From contig CM106585.1 of the NCBI GenBank assembly GCA_048013815.1, forward strand, positions 6,200,001-6,264,000: a stretch of 64,000 nt of DNA, given 5' to 3'. A program made the position numbers and the translations under genes. Shown here piece by piece: positions 38,312 to 51,100 of this stretch. Origin of the DNA: Setoptus koraiensis. Lineage: Eukaryota > Animalia > Arthropoda. The notes under the pieces are model-generated. The model did no database searches, was not told the DNA's origin, and saw only the letters and a program-made list of their open reading frames with translations. Within the stretch, counting starts at the first letter, position 1; each line of letters begins with the position of its first letter.

Positions 38312-38528
38312 CGAAAAACTAAACGAAAATGAGGACCGGCCACGATGGGTTGTGACCAAAGAAAGTAATAGCTTAAAAGATCGATTACTGGATGGCACTT
38401 ATGAAAATTTAAATCTGACTATTCTTTGGATTATAATCGGTGGTTGGGCTGTCTTGTGGTTTAATGAGTGGTATCCCAGAATCAGAGTAGAAGATTTGAA
38501 AAAGGAAGCCTTGAGCAGGAAGCACTAA
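38229..38528 (+). CDS. Chimeric copy of the small membrane protein with a new N-terminus, overlapping the UBE2S paralog in another frame
   Basis: The last ~76 aa match 32298-32669 with five substitutions. ATGs at 38229 (alternative frame of the UBE2S copy) and 38265 (created at the junction). Confidence 0.45.
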   Translation: MRQNPRQLVANRMNLNFLFSPSNNHLPNEKLNENEDRPRWVVTKESNSLKDRLLDGTYENLNLTILWIIIGGWAVLWFNEWYPRIRVEDLKKEALSRKH

Positions 38529-38639
38529 ACGTTACTACTAACAAGCTCGTTTTCATGCGTATATATATATAGATGTAGAGTCAATTACATGTCAAAACAA
38601 ATGATTATCATATTAAAGTTATGATTGTTTGACAGTGAG

Positions 38640-39237
38640 TCAAGAATCGTAGTTATTGTCGTTGTCGTGAGCTAACTGCTGTTGTTGATTGGTCTGCATC
38701 ATTTGCACGGGAACACATATTTGTCTTAGTGTATTTCTGATATCCCTTTGACTCTTCTCTATGGCATTAATACGCTGTAGCATACTCTCAATTTTTTCGT
38801 TGATTTTCCTCAACTCTATCATCAATGGATTAGTCTCCGGGTCCAACAGGGCGTACTGGTATGGGCGCTGGTTTGCATTAAGCAAATTTAGTGTATCAAC
38901 AACATCATGAACATTCCGAAACCTGTATACACTCTTGATTTTTTCAATCATAGGATCTTTGTTTATGCTTGTAGATATGCTCTTATTTTTGGCCAACAGA
39001 CGCAATTGATGTATCTGGAGTATTGATTAGAGTAGAATGATGATTTCGGGCAGGGATTAAGAGAGAGAAAGTCATCATTAGAGCTCACGAGATAATATTG
39101 ATGGCGATTGAAATGATATGTTTGCTTATAAGAATAATGCTACTCACATTGAAACTTTTCAGCTTCTCGTCAATCTCATTGGTTCCAACGAGATGAAGCG
39201 TCTGCTGGTGAGCCGGCTGAGCCTGATTGTTGGGCAT
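38640..39237 (-). CDS. Uncharacterised 2-exon coiled-coil protein, >=154 aa
   Basis: Exon 39237-39148 (MPNNQ..EIDEKLKSFN), then a 133-nt phase-0 intron with GTGAGT donor at 39147 and CTCCAG acceptor at 39015, then exon 39014-38640 (IHQLRLLAK..IELRKINEKIESMLQRINAIEKSQRDIRNTLRQI..YDS*). An additional upstream exon is possible. Confidence 0.65.
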
Positions 39238-39790
39238 CTGAGATTGGTTCGAATGGTGCTTCAATTGCGAACTGGCCGATGCCTGGGAGACCGGCACTAC
39301 AAAATGTGTCAACTCTATTTTGGCTGCTACTCTTGATTCCAAACGGTAAATTGATTCCAGATCGGAGGTTATACGGCAATATGAATCGATTGAATAAATG
39401 TATCAGCTGGCTGGTGAAAATTTATTGTATAGTGATATCTGCCACCTACACTAACGTCACTTTACAATTATAGTGTAAACATGATCGGACACTGTTGGGA
39501 TTAACTGCTGATGCCAAGGCCCGTGTGTCAGAGCTACGCGTGCAGAACCTTTTCACCTTTTCAAATTTTGCGCCCGATTCTGCATGGGGAGTGGGCACGA
39601 GTTTTTGCCAACGTTTTTGCAAATGTTTGTTTACTCAATTGCAACAGCCATCAATGACTCATTCACCCCGTGGTGCGGATACTTCGTTTTGTCGGATTTC
39701 AAATATATTTAAACATATATATATACTTATATATAACTGTATATTTATTACCCATGAATTATCCACATCGTGCAGCTAGGAATAATCAAC

Positions 39791-40771
39791 ATGTTGGTCG
39801 TACAGTCGGCATTGTTATTGGCCATTTTACCACTTGTCAGAGGCGACGATATGTTCCCGTCCAAACAGGACACATCGTCGTGGAAGGACCCGGGATCTAT
39901 GTTTTCGCAGCAAAACATTAATCAATTGCCCTTGCCCAGTTTACAGTCGCCGCCCATTCCATTTTGCGGAGAACAAGGATCAATTATTGTCTTGCAAAGG
40001 CTCTTGAGCAAATTATTCAGGAAATTCCACTCACTGGAACCGAACGAGATCGATGAACATTTGTACCATTTCTCGTCCCATCTCACCTATCAGGATTACA
40101 AATCCATGGAACTGTTTTCAAACTCATCAAATTGCGCCGAACTGCATGCAGTTGAAAATGTCTTGTCGAAATTTATTGAGGACGGAGAATTCTATAGGCC
40201 CCGCATTGAATTCACATGGATGGAAAACTCTCCCCATTTGCTAAAGCGAGGTGCCGAACTTATGCCCATAATTGCAATATTCATACTGCTCTACATGAGA
40301 ACTAGACACTCTATACTGTCGGCGGCAGCATTTATAGGCTACGTTTTATATTACAAGGACAGGTACGAGGAAAAAAATCAAGAGGACAGCATAGAGCATG
40401 AAAAGAGAATAGACTTTTGCCAGAAACCACTGTTAAATAGAATATTTTCTTTAAAATATTTTCAGATTGATTGTGATAATATACATGATTTACAGCAAAC
40501 AACGAAACCGCTGCCCAATCCCATAATTATGGGCATCGAGTATTTATCTGAATTGGCGATGAAAGCTTTTCCCATAGTCATGAAAAGTTTAGGTGAAGGC
40601 TACGAAAAATTCTTGAATTCTTTCTCCTACAAAACATGCCTATTCGGTTTTATAATCGGTATATTCGGTACATGGCTCGCCTTCAAAGGTATTGCTATTA
40701 TTTTTATATCCAAGACAGAGGCAAGGACTAGAAGAAGACGCAAGGCTTCTAAGAAGGCAATCACATCATGA
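39791..40771 (+). CDS. CLCC1: Chloride channel CLIC-like 1 (CLCC1/MCLC)-like ER membrane protein, intronless
   Basis: Signal peptide (MLVVQSALLLAILPLVRG) followed by WKDPGSM (cf. CLCC1 WIDPTDM); three hydrophobic segments; loop with C..DC..PLPNP and SLGEGYEKFL resembling CLCC1. Assignment is from recalled motifs only. Confidence 0.55.
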   Translation: MLVVQSALLLAILPLVRGDDMFPSKQDTSSWKDPGSMFSQQNINQLPLPSLQSPPIPFCGEQGSIIVLQRLLSKLFRKFHSLEPNEIDEHLYHFSSHLTYQDYKSMELFSNSSNCAELHAVENVLSKFIEDGEFYRPRIEFTWMENSPHLLKRGAELMPIIAIFILLYMRTRHSILSAAAFIGYVLYYKDRYEEKNQEDSIEHEKRIDFCQKPLLNRIFSLKYFQIDCDNIHDLQQTTKPLPNPIIMGIEYLSELAMKAFPIVMKSLGEGYEKFLNSFSYKTCLFGFIIGIFGTWLAFKGIAIIFISKTEARTRRRRKASKKAITS

Positions 40772-40800
40772 TGTCCATGAATTCCTCATTTTTGAATCAA

Positions 40801-43517
40801 TTATGGCTCATTTTCTTGCTTGATCAATAACTCAGGTGTCAGATCGACCGCCAAATGTAACTCCTCTGGTGTGTAATCTGATCGTATATAGGTTAGAAAA
40901 CAATAAAGATTTTTTGTTAATATTTTTAGTACAAATGTCAATTTTTTAGGACAATAAATGCTCAAAGTAAATTCAACTGTACATATAATTGTGTATACTC
41001 ACTCAAGATTTGTTTAAGATCGCAAACATATTTATAGACGTAGCGCTTGCCTGGAGTTTTGTGAATTATTTCCTTGTCGTAGTAGTAACGCAAACCTCTA
41101 CTTAGTTTCTCATAATTCATCTTAGGCTTGTTCTTTCTGACACCCCACCGTCGAGCCACCTCATCTGGATCTATAAGCTTAAATTCCCATCCATTGCCTG
41201 TCCACGATATGAATGATTGATTTGTTTTATCAGTGAGAAGCTCTAATAAAAATTGCCACAATTGTATTGGTCCACTGCCCGCTAGATGAGCGGCTTGTAT
41301 TATTGGCTGTTGATTGTTTCCACCATGATGCAAATGAAGATTATTAGTGTTAATCATGCCAGGCAAACCGGAACAATCATCGGCAACACCACCACCACCG
41401 GCAATATCCAACAAGTGTTGTTGGTGTTGATGATAATGAAGCTGCTGCTGGGGCGCTTGACGATAGTTATCAGGCGAACGATGATTATGATGATGCGGAT
41501 GAGTATGATGAAGATGGTGTTGCTGTTGATGATGATGATGTGACTGATGCAATTGATAATGATGTTGAATTTGTTGTTCATTCAATTGTTGTTCCTGAAG
41601 TTGGTGATTGGCAATATAATTTATATTATTATCTAAATCATTTTGATGCTGGTGTTGCTGTGTTATTAGCGTATTATCATCGGTGTTATTATGGTGATGA
41701 TGATGTACTTGCTGGTAATGATATGGTGGTGTGGCTCTGTGGTGTGGTTGTTGGTGTTGTAAGGCAGAATGAGACAAACGATGCTGGTGAGGCGCTTGGT
41801 TAGCTAGTGAGGGTGGAGTTGATGAAGTTGATAGTATCACTGACGAAGATGATTGAGTTGGCGATGACAACGAAGAAAGGTCTTGATGATTGTTGTCACT
41901 TAAATTGTGATCGGATAATCTATAATTGTTATTATCTGTGTGATGCTGATAGTGGTGCATGAGCTGATGTTCCTGTTGTTGATTAAGGTAACTATCATCT
42001 TGCTGCTGTTGGTGGTGCTGTTGTTGTTGTTGCTGATCTCCATCTTGTTGATCATGCACATGGTGAGGATAGTGGTAAGGAGGTGTGACACGATGATTCT
42101 GATTGTGAATATGGTGCTGACTGTGAATAAGATGTTGCTGTTGTTGCGATATTGGCGGTGAATTAGATGTGGACAGTATCACGGATGGGGAGGTTTGCGA
42201 CATATGAGGCGATGGGATAGACGATTGAGGTATTAGCGATTGACTTGGCTGCTGATTGTTGTTGCTGCTGGACACAATCAAGACAGATTGGCGATTGTTT
42301 GCTGATTGTTGATTGCCATTTGTTGTTTGATGCTGCTGTTGTTGTTGCTGTTGTTGGGCCAAGAATGGAGTTGTCGAAGATGGTCCACCAGCGGACGAGC
42401 TTGACGAGCATGTTGACGAGGCTGACGAGATTGTAGATGATGAGGGCGACGTGATCTGCATTAGGTGTTGTTGCTGTTGATGGCCATGATGGTGTAATTG
42501 TTGTTGAGCATGGGGAGGGGGCAGAAGATTCTGATGATGCTGCTGCTGTTGTTGGTTACATAACACTGATTGGTCTATGGTCAGATCAATGTTGTTGTTA
42601 TTGTTGTTGGCTGTGGTTTCAATCGGGTTGGCCATCATCATCATTTGTTGGTTTTGATGAAGTTGTTGCTGTTGCTGGTGAAACTGTTGCTGTTGGTGAT
42701 GATTGAGATGAAGGTGTTCAGCGTTGTTGCCATTGTTGTTGTTGTTTGACGTGATATGTGATTGGTCTGAATGAAAGTGAATAAATTGGTCTTGGTGATG
42801 TTGCTGTTGTTGTTGATTATCGTGCTGATAATGGTGATTAAATGGCACATGGTGGTGTTGTTGTTGCGGCTGATTATCTGATGTCAACTCGTTGTCAAGC
42901 AACGTAGATGAGCTCATGATATCATCTTTGCTGTTGCTATTTGTTCTGCTTGTGTTGTTGTTGTTGTTGTTGGCGGTGTTGATGCTGTTGGTGTTTGTGT
43001 TAGTGCCATTACATAATAATTTAGCTTGTTGCAAGGTCGACTGGTGCAAGGCAAGGGTGTGTTCATCGTGATTGTTGTTGTTGTTGTTGTTGATGTTATT
43101 GTTGTTGGGTCTAAACAACAATCTCTGGTGCTGTTGATGCTGGTGCTGATGCTGGTGATGGTGATGCTGGTGGACATGACCGGTGTATATCATGGTGGCT
43201 GGTGCCATTTTACTATTGTGGTTACTGTATTGATGGGGCTGTTGTTGCTGGTGTTGTTGTTGTTGTTGCTCTTGGTGAACTATGCCAACTAATAACTGTT
43301 GCTGTTGGCTCATATCATCGCCATCAACATTCTCATCATTGGCGTAGGTATTTTCGTTGTTTATTGCAATTGCTGTTGCTGTTTGTTTATTACACGCAAT
43401 GTTTATGCTGTTGTTTTCATCAACTGGCTGCTGTTGTTGCTGCTGCTGGTTGCCTAGTTGCTGTTGTTGCAGGTTAGGGTTGTTGTTGGCATGATCTAGC
43501 GATTGCAATTGTATCAT
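40801..43517 (-). CDS. pnt: ETS1/ETS2/pointed-family transcription factor, 863 aa, with very long Q/H/N/S low-complexity N-terminus
   Basis: ETS domain [61 protein letters not shown] 125-nt phase-1 intron (GTGAGT at 41002, CTAAC branch-like motif, CAG at 40878) joins to the terminal exon [13 protein letters not shown], matching the ETS1 GYTPEELH tail. Confidence 0.92.
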
Positions 43518-43890
43518 TAGTGTGTCGTATTTACCATTTGTGTTTCGATGATCGTAATTGGTCGATTGTAATTCGTTGATTATAATTGATAGATTAGTAA
43601 ATGAGTGTTGGGTGCGCAGAGAAACGAGAACAAGAGTTAGGTTGAGTCACTACTTAAGAGTCGCTTGTTGGCTGAAGCCTGAGATGGGCGCGTAAGTATC
43701 TTGCGATTGTCGCTGATTAATTTACTGGCGCGTTAATTAGTTAGTTTAATTAGCGAGACGGGCGAGACGGGCGAAACAATTGGCACAATGCAACTGGCAA
43801 CAATGGCGTGTTGTCTTGAGTGATTCTCACAATAGAATGCAAACATCGAGAGGCTTCTTTTTGTTGTCTCTCTATAACAAAGCTGTCGTT

Positions 43891-43926
<36 letters not shown>

Positions 43927-45100
43927 TACAAACAACAAGAACAACAACGACAACCCTGCGCAAACAAACGCCCCACCAACGGGCGACGTGCAACAGGCAA
44001 TTGTTGCGCATGACGCGCCCCCTCGGAGGCGGCACGCATGCGCACTGCACGCAAAAATCGCAAACATGAAGCGTCTACCTATATGATAGGTACATTTTCT
44101 CAATATATATTGTATATTATTATCTATCATTATATATTATCATTTGTTATTATATTATAAATATCTGCTCGCATGTCAGTGCGAGCGATTGTGTCGTCAA
44201 TTGACGCCAGCGTCACGAAGCCGACAATTAGTTGTCAGTGACAACTCGCCATATTACTGCGCGATGGGACGGTTGCCGAGACGACCGCCGCTCGCCAGCA
44301 AGACAGCGCCATCGTGTCAGTCGTTTTATATTGTTCGGCATAAAATTTTAACAAGCCGATAATTTTGTGAGGCGGATAATTTTATAAAACGGCGACTGCG
44401 CAGGCCCGTTCGACAAGTTGCGTACGCGAGACTCTCGCGCACGAACAACGCGCATTATAACAAATGTTGCAATATAACAAATGTTGCAAATTGGGTGCAC
44501 TCACATTGTCAGTTTGGCGGCGACGGTTCGGACTGCGGGCCGAGAGGAATTTCCATGAATGGGCACACACAAGCTGCCGTGATTTTTTGTCGACGAGCGA
44601 GGAATGTGAGCGAGCGTCAATTGATCGTCGCAAGGATCGCCGCTGCGGGCACTGCAACACTGCAGCTTACGGCCATAAACTGTTGCGTAACCGTGCGACA
44701 GTTATCGTCGCTCACATTATGTCGCACGTTACGCAACAGTATGTCGCGCGTTATGTAACGCGCATTGCGTCGTCTTACGCGTTATGTGTAACGTTACGAC
44801 GCGCGTTACGCCATATAATGTGCGCAACAGTGTGCGTTCTCTCATAGTGCCGGTCGTCGACGTGCCATAGCGCACTGACAATTGTGAGTGGGCCCCACTG
44901 ACGCGTTATCGTGTGCGTGTGTGCTCATTGCAATTCATGAATCGGCCTAAGGAATGTGACATGGCTCACAAGATAAACAGACCAACTGAGCGAGATTAGC
45001 CGCTATTAGTGCCCAGTGTGCCCCAGTTGCAACAGCTAGCACCGCGGTGCGCTACGGGCGATCGCTCGGCCATAGCCAGTAGTCACTACTGTCGAGCGGT

Positions 45101-45189
45101 CGCCGCTGCCGGGTATTGGCCACCGCTGCCGGGTATTGGCCACCGCTGGCGGGTATTGGCCACCGTCGGGTATCGGCCACCGCCGGGTA
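45101..45189. repeat. 20-bp tandem repeat (CACCGCTGCCGGGTATTGGC), ~4.5 degenerating copies
   Basis: Units at 45101, 45121, 45141 and shortened units at 45161, 45178. Confidence 0.85.
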
Positions 45190-48100
45190 GTGTGCTCGTG
45201 CGCCACCGGCAAACTGGTGTCGCTACTGTGTGAGCGTTATCTGTTATTCATCAGCCATGTGGCATCTACTTTGCAGCGCCATGCGCCAGTGTGTGTCAGT
45301 GCAATCGCCATCAATCAGACGCTAAAAAATAGCGTCCGATAAATCTGGCCGCCGGCAGCCATTGCGGGACAGTGTGGCGCGCATACGTTATTGCGCTGTC
45401 GCGGCGCTGATTAGCATCGCCGGCGTGAGATCGTTTGCGAGCTCGCTGCAGCATCTCCCATCGTGCCAGTGCCACCAGTTTGGCCGCCATCAGTGCGGCC
45501 CGACGAGCTCGATGCGTGCGATGCGCCGCGTCGCGCGATACGACTCGCGTATCATACGAATCGCATGTGCCATGCGATTCAATATGGCACCACGAATATG
45601 CTTTTGTGAATGGGTCGCCTTGTGAATCACAACTTGTGATTCACAAGTTGCGAATGCGCAACGCACACATCGACAGCGGCGAGACACGCTTCGAATCGGC
45701 GCCGAATTCGCTTCGAATCAGCGCCGAATTCGCTGCGCAGAGTCTGTTTTGAGTTCGCTGCCAGTCGGCCTCCAATTCTCGGCCAGCCAAACAAGGCGCA
45801 CACACGCCGCCCGGCCGCAAGACCCGACCAAAGGCCATGAGAACACCAAACAATCACACACTTGACCAGCGCAAACGGCGCCACTTCCGACTCTTGTGTG
45901 GCACCTGTTGTTTGCTCGCTTCTCTGCCGCCTGGCTGTCGTGGTGTGTGCGGCCTCTGGCCGGTCGACGCAACACACTTTGCTCACACAAGCGAACGCAA
46001 TGTGTGCACACAGTGTGCGAATGTCACCGCGTCCGAGGCGTTCGCAGCGGCGATTCATGAATCGGCGCTTGACCACTGTCGACGGCGCCGCCAGCCGATC
46101 AAACGACCAGTCGAACGACCAACCGAACGGCCAGTCGAACGACCAATCGAACGACCAATCAAACAAACAAACGCCTCGTGAGAGCCGCCATGTTTGCCGA
46201 TGCGCCGCTAATAGCTCGTTGCGTAACCGCACAAGACAGTGAAATTGTGATTCACACACTCGGCGCGCTGACAAAGGCTGCAAGTCGTCAAGTCGGCAAG
46301 AGAGTTTGTTTGTCGAATAGTGTTTGCGTGTGCGATAATGAATGGCGAGTCCCCCTTGCGTCGCTCATTCAAGCTCGTTGGCGCGAGCTTATTCATGCCA
46401 GTTTGGTAGCCAAAGAGTTGCGCCGATTGATGGGCGACATGGATGCGCTCATAAACGTATACACTATATGCAAACGGCGCACTGCGGGCACATCCGAGGC
46501 CGGCCGCCGAGTTGCCATACGGCTTACAAGGCTTGTGACGTCCACGCCGCATCACATGATGATGATTCGAAGCGATGCAATAAAACAAACAGCTATTATG
46601 CACAGTTTGCCAGTGTCACACAGGCTGCCAATTGTGCCAGCGGCAACACAATCGATGGCTGGCTATTGTTGATTGTTGCTCTCGCTGCAAAATCGTTCTC
46701 TCCTCGAGAGAACGACGAGTGCATCGGCGAGAGCCCTCTCTCGCCGATATACTCGACACAACAAGCCATTGTACATCGGGCACATTGTACATCGGCGGCA
46801 ACAATCGTCGGGCCGGCCGTTTAGCCGTGCTGCGATTGTGTCGCAAAAGAGAACATGAACAAGTTGATTAATGACGCCATCGACGCCAGTTCCAGTCACA
46901 GAGTCACCATGTACTTTTCGTACTATTTGTATATTTCGTATATTTCGAATGGTATATTCTGAATGGTATATTTTGAATGGTAGGCGCGCACACAGCGCAG
47001 CACGGCGATCAGGCCAAAAAATAAGCGAAATCAGTACAAAATACCACACGCTCAATATTGCGCGCGTTGCGTCTCCCATCGTGGCTATTTTATATGCGCT
47101 GTGCGTTGCCCAGTCTCGCATACAGAGAAAATTCTTCCAATATTGGGCCGAGATTGTCGCTGGCTGATGATGCACGCATTTGCACACAATTGGTCGCGCA
47201 AGCGTCTTTTTGTCTGGCTGTGTGTGCGACTTGCAAATTTGTCATTGATGCTAAACGCACGCAACTTGCGCTGCAACATTCAATCATTCATTCATTATGA
47301 TGGCGTTATTCACATAATATTCCCATTGTGTTATGCGAATAACGCATAATCGCAGCAAAACGATGCGATTGTGCCTTGGTTGTCGCGCTGCCGGCCAACA
47401 TTATCGGCTCGCTCCTATCAAGTGAATGGCGCTGCAGCAGCAGATTAACTTGCAACTAACATGCAAATTATAATAATAATTATTATCATCATCATCATTT
47501 GGGCTGGCTGGCAAAATAATAACAAAAATTATAAAATAATAATAATAATAATACACTGTAATAATCAGCGCCGCTGATCATCACAGTAGTATTAATACTG
47601 TTATTATACGCTGTAGCACAATGCTATATAATAATATATATATACAATAATACAGTGGCAGCGACATGGGGCGAGTCACGCCAGCCACTGTGTTATTAGT
47701 GTAACGAGCAGCCCGGGGCTCTTTGTTGCGCCAGTGGTCACTTGTTGGCAGAAAACTTGTTGCTGGCTACTGGTGGCCAGCAAGTTGCTTTGAATTGGCG
47801 ATTCTTTTGAATTAGTCGGGCTGCATATAGGCTACTCTGGTTGCGTTTGCTCCGTATTTGCTGTACGGTGGTTGGTCAGCATTTATGCGTTTGCTTTGTA
47901 TTTATACGTTTGCCACTGTGACACTTGTGCACTTGCACACTGCGTTCGCTACAGTTCGCCTACAAACGCATAAATGGATAAATGGATGAACGGATAAGTA
48001 TGGCATAAATAATACACTACAATATAATGCGAGTGTATCTAAATGTGTTCTTAAATCTATTGTGTGCGCATCGCCCCGATTTAATTGTCCAGCGCCATCA

Positions 48101-51100
48101 CTGGTTGCATCATCTGCATCACAATACAACGATAGCACCGATTGCCGTTGCTGAGCTGTTGTTGTCTGTGTGTGTGTGTGTTGTTGCTGGCGAAATTAAT
48201 GGCTGCTCACAACAGTGGCTGGACAGCAACAGTTAGCGCAGTGCTCATTAATAGGCAACCTGTCTCAACCAAGGTATAGTGGTTGTTGTGGCGATAGTTG
48301 TGGCACACACACACACGTAAATGGGTGGCACATCAGCTGATAAGAACAATGAAACGAAGATAAGATAACAGAGATAAGATGATCCCCCCCCCCCTGCCCA
48401 GTGGCAGCGATGATGCAATCATGACAATATCTGCTTACTTGGTGTTGGACGCTTCTGCTAGCGCAACAACAGCAACAACAGCAACGGCAACAACAACAGC
48501 AACGACAGCAACAACAGCAACGACAGCAACAACAGCAACGACACTGACTGCTCATCTGACTGACACTTGGACACATTGGATGGACGCGACTTGAATGAAA
48601 TGCAAATGCGAGCGAAATAAAGACACTCGCTGACACACACAAGCGAGCCGAGAGCCCCACAGTTAACTCAATTTGTGAGGCCTTTGTTTGTTTGTTGCTC
48701 GTTGCTCGTCTACAGTGGCAGACGCTGCCTAGTTCGCACACCAGACAAGTTGTTACATAAGCTGGCGACTGTTTGCTGAGTTCAGCTCAATTTGCAGCTC
48801 AGCCAATTGTCAGCCGAACACGAAGCTTAAAAGTGCTAAAACTGCTGCTGCTGCTGCCGCGGCCGCTGCCATTGCAGCAGCTGATGCAGATTGAACAAGG
48901 CACGCACTCAATCAGCAATTAACAAACAGAGAAAGAGAGAAAGATAATTAAGGAGAGTTGCCACTTGTTGTTATTGTTGTGTGTGTGTGTGTGTGTTCGC
49001 TCTTGATGATGCCACCACCATTTTGAATGATATGATTTAATTTAAATGCACTCGCAAACTGCACTAGCAGCAGACTTGATTCGCTGCTTGTTTTGTTTCT
49101 GCTGCTGCTGCTGTTTTGTCAAACGGCGGCTCACTATTATTACATAACCATATACTGTATGTTGTGCGCAAATAAGACAGACTGCACTGTAGTATAATAT
49201 ATAGAATATACATGGGCATCGCCACTGGACCACTTCCACTTGGCATCAGCTGATTTATAATGGACAAACGCTGGCCGGGTCACTTGTTGTCGGTGTTGTG
49301 GGTCGCAATAAATTGCCACTCTGCTGCAAATTGGCTCGCCAGTTTCGATTCAGATAGCAGCCGAGTTGTTTCTGGCCGCCGCCAGTGGGCTGGTTGGCGA
49401 CTGCGTTGGCACAGGCCGGCTATGAAATATCCGATTCGATTCGCAACGAACCGATGGCGCATTATGCATCGTTTGATGTGAGCCCATTCAATAGTGGTGT
49501 CGCTGTAAAACAACAACAACAACAACAACAACAACGACAGCAGCGAAAAGGCCAATTTGCTTGACTACTCCGCTGCATGCGACTTGACACACGAATTGCG
49601 GTCGACGCCCATAGTTAGCGACTGTCACACTGTCACTGCAGACGTCGTCGTGGTGCACGGCCCACGGCTTGGTCAATGAACCTAGCCTGGCTGGCTGGCT
49701 GGCCGGCCGGTGTTATTGTTTCGGGGCTTTCATTCATCGTCAGCATCGCTTTATTTTATATAGAATCAAATTTGTTTGTTGCTCTATCCGAAGCCGGCTC
49801 ACTGGAGCTATCTGAGGCTAACCGAGGCAATCTGAAGCCGTGCGAAGCCGATGGCAGCGTTCGCGATTGCAGTCGGCTGTTGCGTCACCATTCACCACTG
49901 CTCCTTGCTGGCGGCCAGCCTCGGCTAGTGGCCAGCCTCGACTGGTGGCCAGAGCACGCCGGCAGCGTGAGTCTCGGCCGAGCCGAACGGTAGATTGAGT
50001 TAACGTTAAATGTTTTAAATTATATGACGCGATGTCAACGAAAGAGCACGCACACTAAACTGGCCACAGTGGCCAGTGCTAACCATCCGACGGCCAATTG
50101 ACCAGTTGACGTAACTCATGTGAGACTTGAGAGACGCCTCAGCGCAATTCTTGTCGCGGTCACTTTCGTGAGCCACCGACAACAAGTGGTCGCTTTTATA
50201 GGCCTTTGTTTGTTTTGTTGCCCGTTTGTGTCTTTGGCAAAACGTGAGCCACCCCCCACACCCCCCATCCCCACATTTCTAATCGGCCGTGTATATTATA
50301 TTCAATATTATTGCCAAAGGATATTATTCTTTCGCCTTGTGCCTTGCGTCGGGCCTAATTAGGGATTGTCGCCCTGCTGTCGAGTCTTGCGTCGGCCAGC
50401 TCGGCTTGGTGGCCGCCACTCGATGTCGTGGCCGATCGAGGAGCGACCAACGCCGCGAAATATAGCAGTAACCATAGTTGATATCATCGACAGTTTTGGG
50501 TGACACCAATACAACAGTTGACAACAATAATTGTTTACGGTGACCTATGACACACTAAACTGCCACCGCGCGTCCATTGGCGTGGGTGTGGCGCCACCGT
50601 CGATCGGTTGCACCGAGTCGCCGAGTTGTTTGTTTGGTGCAGCGCAGTCGATGCATCGCGCACCGCCGGCCAGTTGCAGCGCTCAAGTCGGTGCATCGCA
50701 CTCAACTTTGGATTGTGGCGCATTTGCATGTGCACCATCCAAACACGGCTGCAGCACAAAGGTGCTGCTGGTGCAGCCGATGATGATGATGAAACGAGTG
50801 CCAAATGAAAGCCAGTGTGGGAACCGAAGGCAGCTGCACCTCGAGGTGCACGCTGCACACGCACCATCAGTGCGTGTGTGTGTGTGTGTTTCTAACAGTG
50901 TGTGACACAACTTCATTTGTGGTCTACTTGCACCACTTGCATATTGAACGCGGCGTGCACACTGAGCGAGCTTGGCCATGCGCACCGCTCACGGTGCACA
51001 GCGCCGGCCGTGAGCTTTGCGCAGTCGCTTGGACACTGGTCAGTGGCGCAATAAGCGCCGCAAATGTAATGGCATCACAAACAAATGCGTACAAATGAGC

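Larger units (their letters stand above)
37650..39189 (+). repeat. Direct segmental duplicate of 30795-32899
   Basis: Collinear blocks: 37650-38265 with 30795-31418, 38296-38671 with 32437-32816, and 39107-39189 with 32819-32899. About 5% substitution in the UBE2S coding part. Confidence 0.95.
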
